DNA of 64,000 bases from Candidatus Sulfotelmatobacter sp. (GTDB lineage: Bacteria; Verrucomicrobiota; Verrucomicrobiia; Limisphaerales; UBA11358), in the NCBI GenBank assembly GCA_035503455.1, contig DATJTK010000074.1, positions 3,536 to 67,535 on the forward strand, read 5' to 3'. The notes under the pieces are model-generated. The model made no database searches and was not told the DNA's origin. It worked only from the letters and a program-made list of their open reading frames with translations. A program made the position numbers and the translations under genes. Shown piece after piece: positions 8,837 through 17,700 of this stretch; the stretch's first letter is position 1, and every line of letters begins with the position of its first letter.

Positions 8837-9955
8837 CTAATTCGAATCGTTGGATTTTTCGAATGTCACCCGAATGAACCGGGGCCAATAGAGCCGGGTG
8901 TCATTCAGCACTTCCGAAACGCTATCCGAATTGGCCGCATAGCTAATCAGCAATTCGTTGGTTGCGCTCAATTCCGGATGGCCCTTTGCCGCGTAGCAGA
9001 AAACATGCGGCGAAATCTTCATGTCCGGACATTGATAAAGTTTCGTCGGGGCGCTCCACGGCCCTTCCGGCGCGTCAGCGGTGCGCATGGCAATTTCGCC
9101 CCAAATTTCGACTGAATAAACATAGACAAATTTTTTCAAAAACGGCTGCCATGAGACCGATCCCTCGGCTCCGGCGCCCGAAAAGATGGGCGTGGTTTTG
9201 TCAAAATCCATCGTCCAGCCACCGTTCGAATAAAATTCCCATAAATCCGGGTTGCCCGGCTCGTTTTTCGGCGCCCGGGCCAGGATTAAATTCTTCTGCG
9301 CCGAGGAATTTGTCTGGCTACTGTAGCCGTAAATGTAAATGTAATCCCCGCTTTGCAGTATTTCGCACCCTAAAACGACGTCCTGGCCGCCGGGAAACCC
9401 GGTAAAGGGCAGCTTGCGGGTCGAAATTTTCCAATGGGCTGGCGGGGCGTCAGGATTTTCAATGGAGGCCAGCCAAGTGCCAACGCATTTGAATCCCCAG
9501 ACCGAATTGTTGACCGTGTCCACTTGTTGCATAAACAAGCAAAGCCCCTGGCCCGTTCGCACGCCGTCGTCGAGCCAGAAATAGCTTTTTGGCCCGGGCG
9601 ATTTTATAAAGGATTGCGGGCTGCGTTTCTTGTCCACGGGATAGTAAAACCGGGGCTGTTCGCCAAGTTGTTGAATGGCAATGGAACTATGAATCATTCT
9701 TGGCTGAATCCGCTTGCCCGCTCGAATCTGCCCAACGAATGTATCGCCGAACACCCAGAGCGTTTTGTTGTCAGCCAGGAGGACGGAATACGCCACGTCC
9801 GCGCCCAGCCAGCCGTTGGTTCTTTGGAACATTTGGTTCCATTCCGGGGCGGGAGAGACGCGAAATGAAAAATCGTTGGCGACGGCGTGGAGCATTGCCA
9901 TCGCAGTTGCCACAGCGAGTATTGTCGCGGCTTTGAACATCCGGAAGCTTTGCAT
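8837..9955 (-). CDS. Secreted DUF4185-like protein (putative beta-propeller glycoside hydrolase)
   Basis: Signal-like MQSFRMFKAATILAVATAMAMLHAVA. NGWLGADVAYSV...LWVFGDTFVG resembles the DUF4185 signature. Start moved to the ATG at 9955 to avoid overlapping the repeat. Confidence 0.55.
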   Translation of the reverse strand: MQSFRMFKAATILAVATAMAMLHAVANDFSFRVSPAPEWNQMFQRTNGWLGADVAYSVLLADNKTLWVFGDTFVGQIRAGKRIQPRMIHSSIAIQQLGEQPRFYYPVDKKRSPQSFIKSPGPKSYFWLDDGVRTGQGLCLFMQQVDTVNNSVWGFKCVGTWLASIENPDAPPAHWKISTRKLPFTGFPGGQDVVLGCEILQSGDYIYIYGYSSQTNSSAQKNLILARAPKNEPGNPDLWEFYSNGGWTMDFDKTTPIFSGAGAEGSVSWQPFLKKFVYVYSVEIWGEIAMRTADAPEGPWSAPTKLYQCPDMKISPHVFCYAAKGHPELSATNELLISYAANSDSVSEVLNDTRLYWPRFIRVTFEKSNDSN

Positions 9956-9989
9956 CACAAGGACCAAAATCCAAGCAGAACAATTCTCC

Positions 9990-10032
9990 AAACATCGAAC
10001 ATCGAACCTCGAACATACCCAACATCGAATGC
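9990..10032 (+). repeat. CATCGAA heptamer-tract element, solo arm
   Basis: AAACATCGAACATCGAACCTCGAACATACCCAACATCGAATGC, lying between divergent genes. Confidence 0.8.
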
Positions 10033-10062
10033 TGAGTGAAAGGTGACGGCGTGGCCGTTCAG

Positions 10063-10671
10063 ATGGATAAGTGCTTTTTTTCCGATAACAAGGTCAGTAT
10101 CCTGTCGTCCAATTTGAAAATTCTTGTCGCCATCACCGGGGCCAGCGGCGCTCTTTATGCGCAACGGCTGCTGGACAATTTGAATCCGCGCGAGCACGAA
10201 ATCCACGCCGTGCAGAGCAATTACGCTCAACAGGTCATCTCCGAGGAACTGGCCGGCGGCTTGAAACTTCCCGACGGCGTGAAAATGCATGGGATCAAGA
10301 GCATGAACGCGCCGTTTGCCAGCGGCTCAAATCCACCCGACGCCATGGTGGTCATTCCCTGCACGATGGGGACAATGGGCCGCATCGCCCACGGTTACAG
10401 TGAAGATGTTCTTCTGCGCGCGGCGGACGTGGTGTTAAAAGAAAAGAAAAGATTGATTCTCGTTCCCCGTGAAACGCCCCTCAGCCTGGTCCACGTCAAG
10501 AACATGGAATTGCTGCTGCTTACCGGCGCGGTGATTTTGCCGGCCAACCCGGTTTTTTACTCGGGGGCGAAGACGATTGTTGAACTGGCCGATACTGTCG
10601 TGGCCCGGGTGCTCGACCACCTAGGCATCAAAAACAATCTGGCGCCGCGGTGGGCGGAGGAAAACGAATAA
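10063..10671 (+). CDS. ubiX: Flavin prenyltransferase UbiX (MqnL-like in a futalosine context)
   Basis: KILVAITGASGALYAQRLL, MVVIPCTMGTMGRIAHG and LILVPRETPLS are UbiX/Pad1 family motifs. The ATG at 10063 was chosen. Confidence 0.88.
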   Translation: MDKCFFSDNKVSILSSNLKILVAITGASGALYAQRLLDNLNPREHEIHAVQSNYAQQVISEELAGGLKLPDGVKMHGIKSMNAPFASGSNPPDAMVVIPCTMGTMGRIAHGYSEDVLLRAADVVLKEKKRLILVPRETPLSLVHVKNMELLLLTGAVILPANPVFYSGAKTIVELADTVVARVLDHLGIKNNLAPRWAEENE

Positions 10672-10686
10672 AGGCATGGCAAATCA

Positions 10687-11589
10687 TTGGAAATGATTTT
10701 AACGATACAAAAATGGGGAAGTTTCGTGCGTTTTTCGCACACGGTTTTTGCGCTGCCGTTCGCGCTGGCGGCCATGATGGTCGCCGCCCGCGCCAACCGC
10801 GGCTGGCCCGGCTGGAAAGCGTTCCTGCTCATTCTTGCGGCAATGGTTTCCGCGCGGACGTGCGCCATGGCATTTAACCGGATTGTGGACCGCAAATTCG
10901 ATGCGCTCAATCCGCGCACCAAAAACCGCCATTTGCCGTCAGGCCAAATTTCCCTGGCCAGTGCCATTGCGCTTTGCGCGATTTCCGCGGCTGGCCTGAT
11001 TGCGGCCTCCTGGTTCCTCAATCCGATTTGTTTCTATTTGTCGCCGGTCGCGCTGGTTGTCATTTGTTTTTATTCGCTCACGAAGCGGTTTACGGATTAT
11101 ACCCATGTTTTTCTGGGCGTTTCATTGGCTTTGGCTCCCATCGGCGCGTGGCTGGCCGTCAAGGGCGCGAACATCTCCGTGGACGAAATCCTCGAAATGA
11201 GCGTTTTGGCGCTTGCTGTGGTCCTGTGGTTGGTGGGTTTCGACATCATTTATGCGCTGCAGGACCATGAATTCGATAAAGCGCACGGGCTGCATTCGCT
11301 GGTTGTCGCATGGGGACAGAGCAACGCGCTGGCGGCGGCGTTTCTGGCACACATGCTCATGTGCGGCCTGCTTTTCGCGTTTGGATTGCTTTGCCGGTTC
11401 CACCTGGCATATCTCATCGGCTGGTTCATCATTGTGGGTTGCCTTTCGCTGGAACACTGGATTGCGCGTCGGCGCAGTTTAAATTGGATTAATGTCGCTT
11501 TTTTCCGGCTCAACGCGCTGGTCAGCGCCGTGTTTTTTGTGGTTGTTGCCGCGGAAGTAGTTTTTCGCGGACCGTTACTGTTTCGGTAA
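10687..11589 (+). CDS. UbiA-family aromatic prenyltransferase (4-hydroxybenzoate polyprenyltransferase-related; MqnP-like)
   Basis: 300 aa, about 8 TM segments. NRIVDRKFDALNPRTKNRHLPSG is the aspartate-rich UbiA motif, with a second motif YALQDHEFD. Confidence 0.85.
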   Translation: MEMILTIQKWGSFVRFSHTVFALPFALAAMMVAARANRGWPGWKAFLLILAAMVSARTCAMAFNRIVDRKFDALNPRTKNRHLPSGQISLASAIALCAISAAGLIAASWFLNPICFYLSPVALVVICFYSLTKRFTDYTHVFLGVSLALAPIGAWLAVKGANISVDEILEMSVLALAVVLWLVGFDIIYALQDHEFDKAHGLHSLVVAWGQSNALAAAFLAHMLMCGLLFAFGLLCRFHLAYLIGWFIIVGCLSLEHWIARRRSLNWINVAFFRLNALVSAVFFVVVAAEVVFRGPLLFR

Positions 11590-11650
11590 CAGAAAGCAGA
11601 AAAACCATTGACTATTAAAGGTTTTGAATGGGTTGGCATAAATCCAGCTA

Positions 11651-12409
11651 TTGGATTTGCCCATGGACAGTTTCTCACAATTTTACGATTCAGGATTGCA
11701 GCCGGGAGCATCGAAACAGCCCGGGGGTAATGCGGCCCGCAAGCTCGCCACATTCATTCTGCACGAATTCATTGAAGGACTGGTCGCGCTTCGCACGCAG
11801 GATCTCATCGCCAATCTCCTGGAACTCAATGCGCTGGAAAAATTTATCGCAAAGAAAAGCCCTTGTGAAGTAGGCGCGGTACTGAAAGAAAGCATTGAAC
11901 ATCACAAATTGCCTGCCGCCCGCAAGCAGATTGTTTTTCTCAGTGGAATTTCGGGCGGCCTTTGGGCGCAAGCCAGCCAGTCCGTCCTCAGGCGAGTCTT
12001 CGACAACGTTATTTCAAACGCCGTAAAATATTCCCCGGCAAATTCCACCATCCAGGTGCATGCGTTGGCTGAAGACGCCAATATTGTTGTCAATGTTCGC
12101 GACCAGGGGGTAGGCATCAATGAGGAAGGGCGGCAAAAGCTATTTCAGAAATTCGCCCGACTCGTTGCCGGTCCGGTGGGCGGGCCCGGTTCCGCAGTTG
12201 TTCGCCAGGCCATTGTCAAAAAGCTGGCCGAGACATTATCCGGTTCCGTTCGCTGGCGCAGCGCCCTGGGCTCCGGTTCGACATTCACCTTGAAGCTGCC
12301 GGTCTCGACGAAGCCGGCGGAGGCTGTGGACTTGCCGGATATCACGATGCTTGAACGAAATATCGTGGAGTTGGCCGAGCCGATGCCCCGGGTCGCGTCC
12401 AGAAATTGA
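11651..12409 (+). CDS. Soluble histidine-kinase-like ATPase core protein (no sensor or TM region)
   Basis: N-box FDNVISNAVKYS, G1 RDQGVGI, and a G2-like GSGSTFTLKLP. Only a degenerate H-box (ILHEFIEGLVALR). TTG start in the track; the first ATG is at 11663. Confidence 0.65.
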   Translation: MDLPMDSFSQFYDSGLQPGASKQPGGNAARKLATFILHEFIEGLVALRTQDLIANLLELNALEKFIAKKSPCEVGAVLKESIEHHKLPAARKQIVFLSGISGGLWAQASQSVLRRVFDNVISNAVKYSPANSTIQVHALAEDANIVVNVRDQGVGINEEGRQKLFQKFARLVAGPVGGPGSAVVRQAIVKKLAETLSGSVRWRSALGSGSTFTLKLPVSTKPAEAVDLPDITMLERNIVELAEPMPRVASRN

Positions 12410-12471
12410 ACGCTGGCTGTTTGTCTTCGATCCTTATTCCTTAAGTTCGTACGATAGATCTCCCCTGGGCT

Positions 12472-12566
12472 TTCGATGTTCAGCATGTTCGAGGTTGGAT
12501 GTTCGATGTTTGGAATTCATTCACCGACCCTGAAACATTCGAACATCGAACACCCAACATCGAATG
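12472..12566. repeat. CATCGAA-tract hairpin, both arms with a 21-nt loop (the ORF-less form)
   Basis: Left arm 12472-12511 (TTCGATGTTCAGCATGTTCGAGGTTGGATGTTCGATGTTT) and right arm 12533-12566 (AAACATTCGAACATCGAACACCCAACATCGAATG) are imperfect reverse complements. Confidence 0.8.
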
Positions 12567-12616
12567 GTCAGACTTGTAAAATGCTTTGCGCAACGGCCTC
12601 TTTGCGTTAAATATAG

Positions 12617-13792
12617 ATGGTGAATTTTTTCGTACAACGGAGCCAATTACGGGACATTTACGACAAGGTTGTCGCCGGCGAACGCATCTCGGAATCCGAC
12701 GCATTGCGGTTATTTGAATCCAGGGACATCAATGCCATTGGCGCCATCGCGGATTTCGTCCGCCAGCGCAAAGTCGGCAACCGCGCCAGTTACATCGTCA
12801 ACCGTTACATCAACTATTCCAATTATTGCATCCTTTCCTGCCAGTTTTGTTCGTTTGCCCGCAAGAAACGCGACGCGGATGGTTTTCAGTTCACGACTGA
12901 AGAAATCGTCGAAAAGGCCCGGGAAGCGCTCAAAATCGGCATTACGGAACTTCACATCGTGGGCGGACTGCATCCGTCGCTGCCGTTTAGTTATTACACG
13001 GACATGCTCCGGGCGCTCAAGAACCTTGATTCGCGCCTGCAATTAAAATGCTTTACCGCCATCGAAATTCTTCATCTGGCGTGGCTTGCCAAAAAAACCG
13101 TCGAGCAAACATTGATTGAATTGAAGGACGCCGGTCTCGAATCGCTGACGGGCGGCGGCGCGGAAATCTTTCGCAAGGAAGTCCGCGGCGCCATCGCGCG
13201 GGGCAAGGAATCCGCGGAAGAGTATTTGGACGTGCACCGCATCTGGCATCGCCTTGGCGGGCGCAGCACCTGCACCATGCTTTACGGCCACGTGGAGAGC
13301 CTGGCCGACCGCGTGGACCATCTCCGGCAGTTGCGCGCCTTGCAGGATGAAACGCGGGGTTTTGTCGGCTTCGTGCCGCTCGCCTACCAGCCCAAAGACA
13401 ATGATATTCCGGTGGATCATCCGCCGACGGGTTTTGATTCACTCCGGACCGTCGCCATCAGCCGCATTTACCTGGACAACTTCGACCATATTACCGCCTA
13501 TTGGGTTGGGCTGGGATTGAAGCTGGCGCAGGTCGCATTGAGTTACGGCGCGGACGATTTGCATGGAACCATCGTGGAGGAACATATTTTCCACATGGCG
13601 GGCGCCGAATCACCCCAGCTTCAAACCGAGGCGGACATGCTCAAGGCGATCCGCGAAGCGGGCAGAACACCCGTTCAGCGCAATACGTTCTACGAGCCCA
13701 TCAAGATTCTTGAAGAGATGAATCCTGCCCGCGACAGCGAAGCGGCGGAGGGTCACTCCAAAGTTTTGGAGGAAAATCTGGCGACAGCATGA
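12617..13792 (+). CDS. Radical SAM menaquinone (futalosine pathway) enzyme, MqnE/MqnC (CofH-like) family
   Basis: CILSCQFCSF radical-SAM cysteine triad in the NRYINYSNYC context. HIVGGLHP and TCTMLYGHVE are CofH/Mqn family-like. 391 aa. Confidence 0.85.
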   Translation: MVNFFVQRSQLRDIYDKVVAGERISESDALRLFESRDINAIGAIADFVRQRKVGNRASYIVNRYINYSNYCILSCQFCSFARKKRDADGFQFTTEEIVEKAREALKIGITELHIVGGLHPSLPFSYYTDMLRALKNLDSRLQLKCFTAIEILHLAWLAKKTVEQTLIELKDAGLESLTGGGAEIFRKEVRGAIARGKESAEEYLDVHRIWHRLGGRSTCTMLYGHVESLADRVDHLRQLRALQDETRGFVGFVPLAYQPKDNDIPVDHPPTGFDSLRTVAISRIYLDNFDHITAYWVGLGLKLAQVALSYGADDLHGTIVEEHIFHMAGAESPQLQTEADMLKAIREAGRTPVQRNTFYEPIKILEEMNPARDSEAAEGHSKVLEENLATA

Positions 13793-13803
13793 ATGCAGAA
13801 CCC

Positions 13804-14380
13804 GGAAAACATCGAACATCGAACATCGAACGCTGAACATCGAATGGAAAAGACCTGCATTTGACCATGGAAACTGAATACGGACGATCCGATAAAGACA
13901 GCAGCGCATGGGTTTTGAACGATGGAAATGAAAACGGGCGTAAGTATAACCTGGAAGAGCGACTACTGGAATTTGCAACTGCGGTAATTAATTTATCTGA
14001 AAAGCTTCCTTCATCGCGCGCCGGGAATCACGTTGCGGGACAAATTCTTCGGTCCGGCACATCACCTTATCCAAATCATGGCGAGGCCGAATCAGCCGAG
14101 TCGCGCGAAGATTTCATTCACAAATTGAAGGTCTGCCTGAAAGAGTTGCGCGAGACGCGCCGCTGGGCGCGGTTGATCGCCCGCATGAATTGGGCAAATA
14201 GTGACCCGACGCTACGCTTCATCTTAGGTGAGTCAGATGAGTTAATTCGTATTTTCTCGGCCAGCATTAAAACAGCCCACGAAAACACCCTTAAGCAAAA
14301 ACGTTCCAATAGCGGTGGCTAACAGTTTGACGCTCTGCATTCGATGTTCAGCGTTCGATGTTCGATGTTCGATGTTTTCC
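13804..14380. mobile_element. Hairpin-bracketed cassette: perfect 43-bp inverted repeats enclosing a four-helix-bundle gene
   Basis: 13804-13846 is the exact reverse complement of 14338-14380 (43/43). Mobility is hypothetical. Confidence 0.4.
13867..14322 (+). CDS. Four-helix-bundle protein (23S rRNA intervening-sequence protein / Avd-like family, PF05635-type)
   Basis: YNLEERLLEFATAVINLSEKLP...AGNHVAGQILRSGTSPYPNHGEA....REDFIHKLKVCLKELRETRRWARLI matches my memory of the family pattern. Confidence 0.85.
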   Translation: METEYGRSDKDSSAWVLNDGNENGRKYNLEERLLEFATAVINLSEKLPSSRAGNHVAGQILRSGTSPYPNHGEAESAESREDFIHKLKVCLKELRETRRWARLIARMNWANSDPTLRFILGESDELIRIFSASIKTAHENTLKQKRSNSGG

Positions 14381-14391
14381 GAGTTCCGCAG

Positions 14392-15579
14392 TCAAAGCCG
14401 TTCCGGCTGCTGCATCAGGCTCGCAATGCGCTGGAGCAGGCGGCCGGCAGCTCCGCCGTCGAGGACGCGATGGTCGAAACTGAGAGTCAAACATGCTTCG
14501 ATGACCGGGACAAACTGGCCTTTTTGCTCATTCCAATGCGGAGCAGGCAGTCCGGCGCCCATGCCCAGCACCAGCGTTTGTTCGGGTAATGGAATGGGGG
14601 TTGCCCAGGCGAGGCCAAATGTGCCGAAATTTGTGACGGTGGCGATCGAGCCGCCGGTGGCATCGGCTGGCAGTTTTCTTTGGCGGGCCAATTCCACCAA
14701 TTCATTGTAGCGTTCCGTCAAATCGCGAAGGCCTTTTTGGTCGGCATGGCGGATGACAGGAACGAGCACGCCGTCCTCGGCTTCGACGGCAAATCCCACG
14801 TCGATGGAACCCGGATGAAAAATTTTATTGCCGACGAGCCGGCCCGCGGGGGCTGAATTTTCCGAAAGGGCCATGGCGAGCGCGCGCAACGCGTAAAGGG
14901 CAGGGCCGGGTTTGGGCGCCAAAGTTTTTCTGTGCGCGAGCACCGCATCCAATTGCACTGGCAGGCCAACGGTCGCGAGCGGCCGCGTCCAACTGCGGCG
15001 CATGGCATCGGCTACGGCGACGCGCATGGATGAGGCGCCGCTCATCTTGTGCTTTTCAAGGGCGGTGATGAATTTCTCGAAATCTTCAATGGTGACCCTG
15101 CCCGCGGCTCCGCTGCCGGCCACTCCCGCCAAATCGGCCGCGCTCAGGCCGAGTTCCGTCATCCGCGCTTTAAGGCGCGGGGAAAGATAACTCGCGCCGG
15201 CGGCATTTGCGGGAACGGGCAGGCCGCGCACGGTCGGCTGCACGCGAGTGCGCCCATTGGGTCCTGCCTTTGCGGTCCGCTCAGTATCGGGAGTTTTTGA
15301 CGGGGCGGCGGTGTCCAGGCCAAGGCGGGTGGCTTCCTCCTGCGTTGCCTCGATATAACCGAGCACGGCATCCACGGCGTAACTCTCATTCAACTGCGCG
15401 GTAAACGTTTCAATCCTGCCGGCGCAAGGCGACGTCACGGTCATCGTGGCCTTGTTCGTTTCAACTTCGATGATGTCCTGGTCAGCCGACACGTTGTCGC
15501 CGGGCTTGACCAGAAAGGAGATAATGTTTGCCTCTGCTATGGACTCGCCGAACTGCGGCATGATGATGGAAACGCGCAT
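14392..15579 (-). CDS. Dihydrolipoamide acyltransferase, E2 component of a 2-oxoacid dehydrogenase complex
   Basis: Lipoyl domain MPQFGESIAEANI...VETNKATMTV, a peripheral subunit-binding domain, and a catalytic C-terminus LSFDHRVLDG. Start set at the ATG at 15579 (MRVSIIMPQ), 12 nt after the E1beta stop. Confidence 0.9.
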   Translation of the reverse strand: MRVSIIMPQFGESIAEANIISFLVKPGDNVSADQDIIEVETNKATMTVTSPCAGRIETFTAQLNESYAVDAVLGYIEATQEEATRLGLDTAAPSKTPDTERTAKAGPNGRTRVQPTVRGLPVPANAAGASYLSPRLKARMTELGLSAADLAGVAGSGAAGRVTIEDFEKFITALEKHKMSGASSMRVAVADAMRRSWTRPLATVGLPVQLDAVLAHRKTLAPKPGPALYALRALAMALSENSAPAGRLVGNKIFHPGSIDVGFAVEAEDGVLVPVIRHADQKGLRDLTERYNELVELARQRKLPADATGGSIATVTNFGTFGLAWATPIPLPEQTLVLGMGAGLPAPHWNEQKGQFVPVIEACLTLSFDHRVLDGGAAGRLLQRIASLMQQPERL

Positions 15580-15590
15580 GGGATTAAAAT

Positions 15591-16556
15591 TTATTGCCGT
15601 AACAGGTTCCTCGCCGCGGCGGCCACACTGCGGGCGGTCGGACGATGCGCCGCCCAAAGGTTGGGGTGATAAGGCACCGGCGTGTCCTTGGCGTTGAGAC
15701 GCTGCGGCGGCGCGTCCAAGAGTCCAAAACCTTCGGCCGCTACGCGTGAAACGATCTCCGCGGTGACGCCGCCCCATGGCCATGCTTCTCCGACGCACAG
15801 AAGTTTTCCCGTGCGCGCGACGCTCGCCACGATGGTGTCTGTGTCCAGCGGTTTGACCGATCGTAAATCGACAACTTCGATTTCCCAGCCTTCGCTGGAA
15901 AGTTCATTTGCGGCTTCGATGGCTTCGTGGACCATCGCGCTATAGGTGACGATTGTCAGGTCGCGGCCTTCGCGCGCAATCCTGGCCTTGCCAATGGGAA
16001 GCGCTTCGTCCGGCAATTTTTCGGCCTTAAGATGGTAATAAAGAAACCTGTGTTCGCAAAAGATAACGGGGTCGTCCAGCGCCACGGCTTCGAGGAGCAT
16101 GGAATAGGCGTCTTCAACGGTGGCCGGCGTGAGTACAATCAGGCCCGGATAATAGGCATAGAGCCCTTCAAGACACTGGCTGTGAAATGGGCCGCTTCCG
16201 GACACGCCTCCGAACGGAAGCCGGACGGTGATGGGGCAGGGGACGTTTGTGCGCCAATACATTGTTCCAGCCTGGTTAACGATTTGGTTGAAGCCCACCA
16301 GCGAGAAGTCAGCGAATTGCATTTCGATGATTGGGCGCATGCCTTCGATAGCCGCGCCCACGGCCATCCCGACCATTGCGTCTTCGGAGATGGGCGAATC
16401 CAACACGCGGCCCGGAAATTCGACTGCCAGGTTTTTCGTGGCTTTGAAAGCACCTCCAAATGCCCCAACGTCCTGCCCGTAGATGAAAACCCTGGGATCG
16501 TCGCGCAGGGCGCGCGCCTGGGCTTCGCGAATAGCTTCAAGATAGGTCAGGCTCAC
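15591..16556 (-). CDS. 2-oxoacid dehydrogenase E1 component, beta subunit
   Basis: 321 aa with a transketolase-like pyrimidine-binding and C-terminal domain pattern (YGQDVGAFGGAFKATKNL, ISEDAMVGMAVGAA). Confidence 0.92.
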   Translation of the reverse strand: MSLTYLEAIREAQARALRDDPRVFIYGQDVGAFGGAFKATKNLAVEFPGRVLDSPISEDAMVGMAVGAAIEGMRPIIEMQFADFSLVGFNQIVNQAGTMYWRTNVPCPITVRLPFGGVSGSGPFHSQCLEGLYAYYPGLIVLTPATVEDAYSMLLEAVALDDPVIFCEHRFLYYHLKAEKLPDEALPIGKARIAREGRDLTIVTYSAMVHEAIEAANELSSEGWEIEVVDLRSVKPLDTDTIVASVARTGKLLCVGEAWPWGGVTAEIVSRVAAEGFGLLDAPPQRLNAKDTPVPYHPNLWAAHRPTARSVAAAARNLLRQ

Positions 16557-16602
16557 AGCCGATGTCGTGGGAATGGCGGGAAATTAAACGATTTCAGCCG
16601 TT

Positions 16603-17634
16603 TCATGCGATGTTTCCCTCGTTCAAATGTTCAGATGCAACGGCGCACCATTCTTCGATGAATGGATCCGGCGCGGGTTCCCGCTGCACCCGCGCAACGG
16701 CTGTTTCAATTTCGTGGTGAAATTCTTCCTTCATGGCCGCAAGCTGCGAGTCGTCGAGCCATCGTTTTTTTAATAAAAATTCCTGCGCCACTTCCAGGCA
16801 ATCGCGGCCCAGGGGAGAGTTCTTCAATTCGGGGTCCACGTAATCGGGCACGTCGTGTTCGCCATGGCCGCAGAGGCGCAAAAAATTGGCGACAACCAAT
16901 TGAGGGCCGCTCCCGCGACGGGCGCGTGAGACCGCCTCACCGAGGACTTTGAGACAAGCTGAAAAATCGGTGCCGTCAACGGTCTGAACGGCCACGCCGT
17001 AGCCGATGGCCCTGTCGGCCAGGCTGTCGCACGCAAATTGGCGGGAGGTCGGGGTCGAGTAGGCGTATTGATTATCAGCAATGACCAGGACGAGCGGCAG
17101 CTTCTCGACGGCCGCCTGATTAATCGCCTCGTGGAATGAGCCGGTTGAAGTGGCTCCGTCGCCGATGCATGCGGCGCCAACTGTTCCCAACTTCTTTTGG
17201 AGCCGCCGTGCCAGCAAAATACCATTTACCACTGAAATCATGGCGCCCAAATGACTGATCATGGGAAGGAGGCCTTCCGACGGGTTTCCGCGGTGAACAT
17301 TGCCGTCGCGCCCGCGCATGGGACCATGAGCCGACCCTAAAAACGTCCGAAGCGAGTCCAGCACCGTTTCGCCAAATGCGAGGCGTCCGGCGGCGTCGCG
17401 GATGAGCGGGGCGAAAACATCGCCCTTTTGAAGGGAAACACCCACTGCCGCGCTCAGGCCCTCCTGTCCGCGCCCGAGGTAAACCCCTCCGTGAATTTTT
17501 CCGGTGCGATAAAGGGCCGCAAGTTTATCGTCAAGCAACCGCGCCAGCAGCATGAACCGAAATGCGGACAAATGGATGTCGCGCACGGATTTCGTTTCCT
17601 GAGACGGCTTGGTCTCCAGCGCCGTTTGAAGCAT
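16603..17634 (-). CDS. 2-oxoacid dehydrogenase E1 component, alpha subunit (TPP-dependent)
   Basis: TPP motif GDGATSTGSFHEAINQAAVEKLPLVLVIADNQYA. 343 aa. Confidence 0.92.
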   Translation of the reverse strand: MLQTALETKPSQETKSVRDIHLSAFRFMLLARLLDDKLAALYRTGKIHGGVYLGRGQEGLSAAVGVSLQKGDVFAPLIRDAAGRLAFGETVLDSLRTFLGSAHGPMRGRDGNVHRGNPSEGLLPMISHLGAMISVVNGILLARRLQKKLGTVGAACIGDGATSTGSFHEAINQAAVEKLPLVLVIADNQYAYSTPTSRQFACDSLADRAIGYGVAVQTVDGTDFSACLKVLGEAVSRARRGSGPQLVVANFLRLCGHGEHDVPDYVDPELKNSPLGRDCLEVAQEFLLKKRWLDDSQLAAMKEEFHHEIETAVARVQREPAPDPFIEEWCAVASEHLNEGNIA

Positions 17635-17700
17635 GAATAAAGTTTATCCTTAATGGCCCCCGGCGGCAACATTTAACGGCCAACGCGGGGCGCCCGGATC

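Noticed and set aside
13804-14380. Diversity-generating retroelement, because the four-helix-bundle protein is Avd-like
   Set aside because: There is no reverse transcriptase, no template/variable repeat pair and no target gene with a C-terminal variable region anywhere in the window.
15580-15798. 73-codon N-terminal extension of the E2 ORF (MRRRSMAMGRRHRG...)
   Set aside because: It overlaps the E1beta 3' end and is Arg/Gly-rich. The lipoyl domain begins at the ATG at 15579, 12 nt after the E1beta stop.
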